From assembly GCA_965223015.1 (NCBI GenBank), contig CBDCVL010000004.1:448767-512766 (forward strand): a stretch of DNA of 64,000 nt, in the 5' to 3' direction. Under the pieces are notes generated by a model. That model was not told the DNA's origin, did no database searches, and saw nothing but the letters and a program-made list of their open reading frames with translations. Positions 55,420 to 64,000 of the stretch are shown here, one piece after another (position 1 is the stretch's first letter; every line of letters starts with the position of its first letter). The translations under genes were made by a program, and so were the position numbers. Source of the DNA: Vicinamibacterales bacterium (GTDB taxonomy: Bacteria; Acidobacteriota; Vicinamibacteria; Vicinamibacterales; UBA8438).

Positions 55420-55668
55420 GTCGTGGCCACGCTGTCAATCGACGCGAAAGAGGTCGCGCGGCTCGTCGCGCGAGACCTCGCCGACGAGTGGGTCAAGGGG
55501 CTGATCGCCGACCACCCGCGTCGATCCGGCCCGCCGGCGTCCAGCGCGCCGGTCCCGTGCGGCGCGCCGCGCCGGCATCCGCCCCACGCGCCGTGTCGGA
55601 GCACCGGGCTGCTCGCCAACGGCCGGTGTCGGTGGCATCAAGTGCCGCAGGAGTCCCCCTCCGCGTAG
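55420..55668 (+). CDS. Small phage-type Cys/His motif protein, start uncertain
   Basis: CGAPRR...PCR...ANGRCRWH, resembling HGGxSTG-type domains. Confidence 0.45.
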   Translation, partial: VVATLSIDAKEVARLVARDLADEWVKGLIADHPRRSGPPASSAPVPCGAPRRHPPHAPCRSTGLLANGRCRWHQVPQESPSA

Positions 55669-55743
55669 GTGCCGTACGCCGACGCAGGAACTCAGCCTAA
55701 CCCATCCCGACTGTTGCGGTTCTCCTTCTCGATCGGGCCAACT

Positions 55744-55965
55744 TCAGGCTGCAGCTTGTCCGTGAGCAATGCACCGTTTATAGAGGCCGCAACGATCGCA
55801 ACTGACAAGGCCAGCTCGGTACGGTGTGACGTTTCGAAGAGATCGAATGACTCGACTAACGCTTGTAGTGGGAATGAAGGTCTCTTGGCTGATGCAGTGG
55901 TTGCAGTAGAAGTGTCCACTATGGTCGCGCAGAAAATCCCTAATCCGCTCTGCGATGGCCACCAT
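55744..55965 (-). CDS. Small Cys4 protein, paralog of 52541-52747
   Basis: FLRDHSGHFYCNHC...CDRCG...C. Confidence 0.65.
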   Translation of the reverse strand: MVAIAERIRDFLRDHSGHFYCNHCISQETFIPTTSVSRVIRSLRNVTPYRAGLVSCDRCGLYKRCIAHGQAAA

Positions 55966-56150
55966 GTCTGAAAGGCTAGGTCTGCGGGCGGGGTCTGTCA
56001 AAGACGCCGCCCTGGAAACTTCTGAAAACGAATTCACACGCGTGCGCCTGGGACACGGTCCGGCAGGGCTGCTACCCGTGACAAGCGCCCCGGCATAGCC
56101 GCTGTGCGGTCGCAACCACGGGTTCAGGACCTTTACCGGTCGGGCTGGCA

Positions 56151-56420
56151 ATGCCGCTCACCCTTCGGGACCGCGTCAGTGGTTCATACGCGCGAGCGCG
56201 AAATAACGCAGGGGGGGTGACCGTGAAATGCCCGATCTGTGGTAGCCTCGTGCCTCCCAGCACTCGACGTCCGCGGCGGTACTGTTCATCGGTATGTCGT
56301 ACACGATCCCACGTCCTGTCTCGGCCCGCACGCCGCGCGAAACATCGCCAACCGTTCGAGTGGGTAAAGTGGGAGCCGAAACCCGAGGAGCTGCACCCTC
56401 CGTTGGAGCGGTGGCCATGA
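56151..56420 (+). CDS. Small Zn-finger protein
   Basis: CPICG...RRYCSSVCR. Confidence 0.6.
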   Translation: MPLTLRDRVSGSYARARNNAGGVTVKCPICGSLVPPSTRRPRRYCSSVCRTRSHVLSRPARRAKHRQPFEWVKWEPKPEELHPPLERWP

Positions 56421-56620
56421 CTGACCAGGTGCGCCACCCCTGCAGCGAGTGCGGCAAGTTATTCATCCTCACGCGGCCCGGCCAGGAATACTGCGGTCAG
56501 GCCTGCCGGCGGGCGCCGTCGCGGCGACGACATCGGGAGCGGCTCGAGGCCCAGGCTGCCCAGTCGAAGGCGACGATGAACCGATGGTTGGCCCGAGCCG
56601 GAGCGTCAACGCGGTCTTGA
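56417..56620 (+). CDS. Small Zn-finger protein
   Basis: CSECGKLF...QEYCGQACR; ATGA overlap with the previous gene. Confidence 0.6.
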   Translation: MTDQVRHPCSECGKLFILTRPGQEYCGQACRRAPSRRRHRERLEAQAAQSKATMNRWLARAGASTRS

Positions 56621-56744
56621 TCGCGACAACCGAAAACCGCTGCTGCCCACCGGGTTGCCCGGACGGCGCCGGTCGCCACGCGTCCCTTGCGTCGGCAGAG
56701 AGCCACAGCGGATGCCGCGGGGCAATTCGCGGGGCAGTGGAGAT

Positions 56745-57023
56745 CTACCAGTCTGGCCTGTTGTGTCCGCCAGGGCCAGGCACGAGCGTCTCATCTCCGA
56801 AGGCCCTCGTACTGGCTGGCTTGGCTTGATCTATCGTCGGCGGCAACACGGCTCCAGGACGATCGCTGGTAGCCTCTTCGAGGTACGTGACGGGTTCGTC
56901 AGGCCCCACGTTGGCCTTTCTGAAATACCGGCTGCGGTGGCGGAGACGTGGCGTTCTCGGGTCGTATATCGCGCCCTCGTCGGCGTGTCCGTCTGCGAAG
57001 TGGAGGCGTGCGATTCTCGGCAT
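56745..57023 (-). CDS. Hypothetical protein
   Basis: ORF preceded by GGAGG; no recognisable motif. Confidence 0.35.
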   Translation of the reverse strand: MPRIARLHFADGHADEGAIYDPRTPRLRHRSRYFRKANVGPDEPVTYLEEATSDRPGAVLPPTIDQAKPASTRAFGDETLVPGPGGHNRPDW

Positions 57024-57559
57024 GTGTGTCCTGTCCTCCAATCATACTCGCCGGAAGAACGCACGAGGTGCGAAGGAGTCGTCCTCACGCACTACTTATC
57101 ACTGTCGCGAGACCGGTCCCATACCGATACACGCGCCGGAAAGCCGTGGCGATCTCGCGCTGAGTGAGTTGCGGGCAAACCGCAGCGTCGTCAGGAGGTA
57201 GAGGTGGCACACGGACGTCATTGGACCCGGACCCACGACAACGGCTGGGAAAGCTGGGTGTCTCCTGGAGATTCTGGCTTCGTCGCTGGTGTATCGCGGC
57301 CGCGCAGCATCGGGCCTGGACGGACGTTACCGCCCCTCGAATATCCCGTGCATCGGAGCTACGTGTCTACCGAGCACGCCAAGGTGGGGGCGGACGCTGA
57401 GCTCAGGCGACGCAGTGACCATCCAGCTTGCTCTGGCCGATGTCAGGAGTGGAGTCGATGACCTGAAGACGCAATGCTCATGCTCCCCTTGCCTGAAGAC
57501 AGACGAACACAGACGCAACCAGGGCCGAGGTTCGTGTCCGGCGGAGGATTGACAGCCTC

Positions 57560-57745
57560 CAGGGTGGCCGCCTTCCTCGAGTCCGGACTCGCTCTCTAGG
57601 AGGAGAAGACCAGCGTGCGGTTCGCTTTTCGCTTGGGGCCAACCACCTTCTGGATCTTTGACGCCATTGCCGACGAGCCTGGACGGACCGCCCGCCTCGA
57701 GGGCGAGATCGCCAAGGCGCTGATGACCAAGGCCGACGAACGGCC
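57560..57745 (+). pseudogene. Degraded antibiotic-biosynthesis-monooxygenase-like gene
   Basis: VAAFLESGLAL.. and RLGPTTFWIFDAIADEPGR...IAKALMTKADE in broken frames. Confidence 0.55.
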
Positions 57746-57749
57746 ACCA

Positions 57750-57917
57750 CTATCGTTTGAGGTTCAGCGTCTCAAGCAGGAGCTCGTCCGACACCGTGAT
57801 GGTGCGCGCGCTCGCCTGGAATCCCCGTTGCGCGAGGATCATCCTCGTGAACTCTTCGGCGATGTCGACGTTCGAGGTCTCAAGCGCGCTCCCGATCAGC
57901 GACCCGCGACCACCGCC
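57750..57917 (-). pseudogene. C-terminal fragment of a flagellar hook protein (FlgE-like)
   Basis: GGRGSLIGSALETSNVDIAEEFTRMILAQRGFQASARTITVSDELLLETLNLKR*; too short for the ORF track. Confidence 0.8.
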
Positions 57918-58208
57918 CTAGCGCATCGCATCGGTGGCTGCAGTCGATGCCTCCCATCGTGCCTCCGAAGGCACCGGCGACGAGTCCACGCCAGCCGATC
58001 CAGCAGCCGAGTGGTGCGCTGGTGCTCCTTGACTCTGACTTGCCGCGCACGTCGTCACGGGACTTTCCAGTGGACGAGCGGAGCGCATAGGTGTGGCCGG
58101 ATGGCGGACTCCCATCCTCCTTATTGGTAGGCACACGTCACCGCCTCCCATTCGACGAAGGACCGTGTTCGCAGCACACGGTGATGCGCCGCCCGCAGCA
58201 GACGTGAG

Positions 58209-58283
58209 GAGCCGGATGCGGAAGAACCCACACGTCCGGATCCGTGGGGGACTGGGGTCAGCAACGGCCCTGGCCTACCCGAC
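58209..58283 (+). mobile_element. Group II intron 3' remnant (domains V-VI)
   Basis: GAGCCGGATGCG...CACGTCCGGATCCGTGGGGG (domain V), then a domain VI hairpin ending CCTACCCGAC; no RT ORF. Confidence 0.82.
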
Positions 58284-58294
58284 CGGTCGCTTCA

Positions 58295-58495
58295 TTACTT
58301 CGCGCAGGTCTTGTGGCGCTGCGCTCCCGATGGTGCAGCAGTGGTGCTGTTTGTGAGGTTGACCATGCGAGTGACAAACTTGCGGACGCCGTGGTCGTCG
58401 AAGTCAATAACGGTGTACTGTTCGTTGCATTCGATCACGGTCCCTGAGCCGTACTGGTCCTGCGAGACGCGTCTACCAGGTTTGTATATGAACAT
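58295..58495 (-). CDS. Small SH3/Tudor-like hypothetical protein
   Basis: GRRVSQDQYGSGTV...IDFDDHGVRKF; start uncertain. Confidence 0.6.
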   Translation of the reverse strand: MFIYKPGRRVSQDQYGSGTVIECNEQYTVIDFDDHGVRKFVTRMVNLTNSTTAAPSGAQRHKTCAK

Positions 58496-58642
58496 CCGCA
58501 GGGGCATGGTCAAGCGAACGAAAACTCGGCTGACCGACCCTCAAGATAACGGACTCGAGTGCTGTTGTAAACCCGGTATCTTGGGGATCGGTCAGCCCGA
58601 TTCTGCTGAAGCTGACGATACCACTTTCTGCCCACTTCCTTG

Positions 58643-60364
<1,722 letters not shown>

Positions 60365-60673
60365 TTACGTGTTCTTCCCGTCTTCAATGACACCGAGAAT
60401 CTCGTCCTCGCGCACGATGAAATGCTCAGTCCCCTCCAGCGTGATCTCCTGACCGGAGTATTTACCGAAGAGTACGGTGTCACCAGCCTTGACATCGGGA
60501 GGGACGACCGAGCCATCGTCCCGCATCTTGCCCTTCCCGACGGCCAGGACCTTGCCCTGCTGGGGCTTCTCCTTCGCCGTGTCTGGAATGATGATGCCGC
60601 CAACCATCTGCTCTGTATCCTCGAGACGTTCGACGATCACCCGGTCGTAGAGTGGGCGAATCTTAACAGCCAT
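60365..60673 (-). CDS. groS: Co-chaperonin GroES
   Basis: [22 protein letters not shown] and GKYSG. Confidence 0.98.
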   Translation of the reverse strand: MAVKIRPLYDRVIVERLEDTEQMVGGIIIPDTAKEKPQQGKVLAVGKGKMRDDGSVVPPDVKAGDTVLFGKYSGQEITLEGTEHFIVREDEILGVIEDGKNT

Positions 60674-60741
60674 ACACGTGATGCTCCCTTCAAGTTCTTG
60701 AGAAGACGCGGGATAGAAGACACCCACTCGCGCACGGCGAG

Positions 60742-60768
60742 GTGGCAATCACAGCGATCATCTGCTAA
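60742..60768 (-). promoter_or_regulatory. Degenerate CIRCE (HrcA operator)
   Basis: TTAGCAGAT-N9-GATTGCCAC versus consensus TTAGCACTC-N9-GAGTGCTAA (12/18), upstream of groES. Confidence 0.6.
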
Positions 60769-62282
60769 CCCTAATGCGTCAAAAACTCAGCCGCTCGCGA
60801 GGGCGTTGGCAATGCGGGTGAACGTCTGACGCGTCGGGAGATTGTCGGTCATCCGCAACCGCGTCTTGCCACCGGGGCGGACCAGCAGGGCGGCCCGATG
60901 AAACAGTTCGAAGCGGAGCGTCTGCACGCTCTGCAGCAGGGGCACGACGGTGTGCTTCCGGGTGCGGCGCCGCGGCGGGGCGCCCGTCTCGAGTTGGAAG
61001 TTCGTCAACAGGTTGTGGGCGAGCACCACGAGCTGCTGCCACGCACTGTTGGCGGCGTAGGTCTGGGTCGGGACGCTGTGGAAGGCCAGCCCGGTCTTGA
61101 GCTGCGCGATGGTCTTCTCGTGGTTGCCCCGCCCACAGGCGAAGTACCACAAGTTGCGGACCGTCAGCGCGAGGTTACTCGTGACCGCCGAGTATTCGTA
61201 GTGCCCATCGTTAGGATCAAACAGGTCGAGCTGATAGTTCTTGGTGGCCCGGTGGTGGACCTTCTTCCGATAGATGGTCACGGTCACGGGGATGTGCCAG
61301 GGCGTCTCCGCGCCCGGCACGGCGAAGCCGGTCACGCCGGGCGCCACCGGCACCCAGGTGGGACTGTCCCGGATGTAGCGCTGCAGATCCAGCCAGCGAT
61401 AGAACGGGACTTTGATGGCATAGCCCACGCCGCGGCCCTGCAACCACCGCAGCACATCCTGGCGGAAAAACGCCCCATCCATGCGAAACCGCAGCCGGGC
61501 CCCGCCCGTGCGTAGCCCGACCAGCTGCGGCCACAGGGCCCGCAAGAACGGCAGGCCCGCCTTCCCATCGTGGACGTTGCCCGACCGATTCTTGACCCGC
61601 AGGATGTGGGTCGTTTCGGCCAGGTGCGCCATGATCGGGTAGTAGCTGGGCACCTTCCGCTGGTGCGGGTTGTAGCCCCGCGCCGCCCGTTCGACCTGCA
61701 ACCCCGTCGACACGACGACGCCGTCCACATCGACCGTCCAGGTGCGCAGCCCCAGCGTGGGCAGCAGCTGGCGCACGACGGCCGCGTTGAGGGCTTGGAA
61801 GCGGGTGACCGTCCGCATCGTGAAGTGCCGCAGCCACCGACTCAACGTCCGCGCGGTGGGCACGACGCGCACGTTGCCGAACCGCTGGAAGATCGGGTCG
61901 TCGGCGACGTAGGCCAGATGCCGCAGGCGCCGGCCGCCAACGATCACCAACCCGACGAACACCCGCACCATCACCACCACCCCGAAGTCGCCCCAGCGCG
62001 GCAGGTCGGCAAACGCCTCGCGCACCAGCTGATTGAAGCGACGGGTGCGCAGGTAGCGCTCCAAGAGTTCCAGCCCGGCGTACGACGTGAGGCGAACGTC
62101 ATCGAACTCCAGCGGCAGATTCCTATTGACACGGGCATGCAAATCGGATTTTCTTCGTCTCACGGTCAGTGGCCTTTCATGTGTGGAAGAAGGCGTTGGG
62201 TTGCACCACCTTTCAACCACACTGGAAGGCCTTTTTCAATCCCAAAGCGTCATTGCTCGCTCAGAAAAATGACGCATTAAGG
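60769..62282 (-). mobile_element. IS1380-family element, transposase about 60787-62163
   Basis: CC...GG ends with IR CC.TAATGCGTCA; TSD CTAA at 60765-60768 and 62283-62286; LTSYAGL, RMDGAFF and RGNHE motifs. Confidence 0.93.
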
Positions 62283-62285
62283 CTA

Positions 62286-62291
62286 ATTATA
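62286..62291 (-). promoter_or_regulatory. TATAAT -10 box, probable native groESL promoter
   Basis: The empty site reads TATAATTAGCAGAT, with the -10 box abutting the CIRCE; no clear -35. Confidence 0.5.
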
Positions 62292-62473
62292 GCGGACCAT
62301 GAGGGTCAGGCGGCGGCCTTGCGGCTCGTCACGAATCCCACGACGACCGAGACGGCCTGCGCTTCGCTGCACCAGCAAGACCTGCTGCCCGTCGAGCGAC
62401 ACGTCGTTGTTGGGCACACCACTGCTGTTGCGGTCCCTCAGGTAGGGATCTTCAAGCAGCACGGTTCTCAGGC

Positions 62474-63448
62474 TCACTGAAGCACCACGCGTTCTACACT
62501 CGGGGGATCCTCGTCCGCGAAGTGTGGATGGACCACGTAGATGTCGTCACCGACAACTGTAGCGGTCGTCGCTTGAGTCTCATATGGCGCGACCCCAGCG
62601 AGCTGTGCCGTGGCCCAGCTGTCCTCACTCGTCAACGCCACCACGCGGTTACCGGAGTTGCTGACGATGACTAGGTCCTCATCAGCGGTCCACACCATCC
62701 CGTCCTGCCCGGGTACCTCCTCCGGAAGCGTCACCGGGGTGGCTCCAGTCGGGTCGTCGAGCGGCACCTTCCAAAGGGCTGCGCCGCCCCCCACAAGGAG
62801 ATATCCCGAAGAGTGATAGACGATCCCATTGGGTCCGAAGTCATCGAATCGGTGCAGCACCGAGGCCTCATAGTTGGTGTCGACTTGGTAGATCATGCCC
62901 ATTCGTGTATCGGTGACGTACGCCGTTCCATCCTCGCCAACCGCCACGTCGTTCGCGAAGTAGGCGGCGTCACGGGGAGGGTCGACGATGGCCGCGGCAA
63001 GGTCCACCATGGCAACCCGTCCCCCGGTCGTGAGGTTGTACACACCTAGCTTCGCTTGCCCAGCAGTCTCGCCCTCGAACACGGACCGGTCCGAGTTCGC
63101 CACCAGTAGACGATTTTGAGGCTCGTCGACCTCAATGCCAACGGACGAGACCAGATCGGGATCACTCACCACGGTCGTCACCTGGCCATCGTTGTGGATG
63201 TGAAAGATGGAGCCCTCGGAGAGCGACCCCGTCAGAATGCGACGGTTCGCGGTGTCGTACTCCACACCTTCCGGAATGAAGCCTCCTCGCTCCGCCACAA
63301 TCATGGCCGGAGGGAGGTCGGGCGCGGGCATGGAAGCATCCGCTTCCGGCATCAAAGCTTCTGGTTCGGGCGAGGGCGGCTCTGGCCCGACCCCGCATCC
63401 CACGAACATAGCCGCGGCAACAGTCGTCACAAGAACCTGGTTACGCAT
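62474..63448 (-). CDS. SMP-30/gluconolactonase-like beta-propeller lipoprotein
   Basis: Lipobox FVGC; PEG, ANDVAV, YVTD, PNGI and DGM motifs. Confidence 0.8.
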   Translation of the reverse strand: MRNQVLVTTVAAAMFVGCGVGPEPPSPEPEALMPEADASMPAPDLPPAMIVAERGGFIPEGVEYDTANRRILTGSLSEGSIFHIHNDGQVTTVVSDPDLVSSVGIEVDEPQNRLLVANSDRSVFEGETAGQAKLGVYNLTTGGRVAMVDLAAAIVDPPRDAAYFANDVAVGEDGTAYVTDTRMGMIYQVDTNYEASVLHRFDDFGPNGIVYHSSGYLLVGGGAALWKVPLDDPTGATPVTLPEEVPGQDGMVWTADEDLVIVSNSGNRVVALTSEDSWATAQLAGVAPYETQATTATVVGDDIYVVHPHFADEDPPSVERVVLQ

Positions 63449-63545
63449 GGCAGAGACCCCCCAAGTCTTTTTGAGCGTTGAGAACTCGCCAGAGCAGAGA
63501 CGGAGGACTCTATCGCCGTCATCCGTCCGACTACAACTCCCATTA

Positions 63546-64000
63546 GAGCGCTTTTCAAATAGGCCTTGTACTACCTGGGGCGGTCGTGGTACTTCTGCGC
63601 GCACGGATGCAGGAGGACTGATGCGTGCCTATTCGATGGATCTGCGAGAGCGGGTGCTACTCGACAGCGATGCCGGAATGAAGGCGGCCGATGTGGCGGC
63701 GAAGTACCGCGTGAGCGGGTCGTGGGTGCGGCTATTGAAACAGCGACGGCGCGAAACGGGCGAGGTGGCGCCTCGCGTCCAGCGACATGGACGGCGCTGC
63801 ATGCTCGAGCCGCACCTGCACACCTTGGCCGATCTGATTGCGGCGCAACCGGATCGCACGCTGGCTGAGCTGAAGGACGCCCTCGCCACGCCCGCGAGTG
63901 TGCCGACGGTCTGGCGCGCCGTACGGGCCCTTGGCCTGACCGTTAAAAAAAACGGTCCGCCCGTCCGAACACGATCGGCCTGACGTCGCGGCAGCGCGGG
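63546..64000 (+). mobile_element. IS630-family element, copy 2 (runs off the window); orfA 63621-63983
   Basis: Follows TA; near-identical to 24310-25333, including the A8 run. Confidence 0.93.

Noticed and set aside
40553-56660. GGGCAACCCG recurring near 40553, 52042 and (reverse) 56651 as possible integrase arm sites
   Set aside because: A short GC-rich word, not clustered as arm sites would be; chance cannot be excluded.
40804-58283. Complete prophage
   Set aside because: No portal, capsid, tail, lysis or replication genes are recognisable.

Overview
This is a GC-rich bacterial window. The gene content (VWA, PQQ-propeller and several small conserved families) suggests Acidobacteriota, which is an inference. 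I delimited 14 insertion sequences plus one fragment from 9 families (IS256 x2, IS1182/IS5-like, IS3 x5, IS630 x2, IS5/IS903, IS481 fragment, IS110/IS1111, IS6, IS1380). Together they cover about 17 kb (about 27%), and most show terminal inverted repeats and target duplications. The left half (1-34 kb) holds housekeeping and envelope genes (dut, TonB-dependent receptor, ECF sigma, EamA, SLC13, MscS, SPFH, RND adaptor), several of them broken by IS or point lesions. From about 38.9 to 58.3 kb lies a decayed island that begins at a 3'-half copy of tRNA-Arg(TCT). It contains an IS1111-type element whose bridge/seek RNA guides match its own palindromic target; a compact integrase-ORF-ParB/methylase-TerS-TerL module with no portal or capsid; a truncated Qat anti-phage system (qatA, qatB'); a second, truncated integrase; several tiny Zn-finger genes; many short gene fragments; and a group II intron 3' end. 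groEL-groES follows, with an IS1380 inserted between a TATAAT box and a CIRCE-like operator. No CRISPR array, rRNA or intact tRNA was seen. All family assignments come from motif recognition, not database searches.
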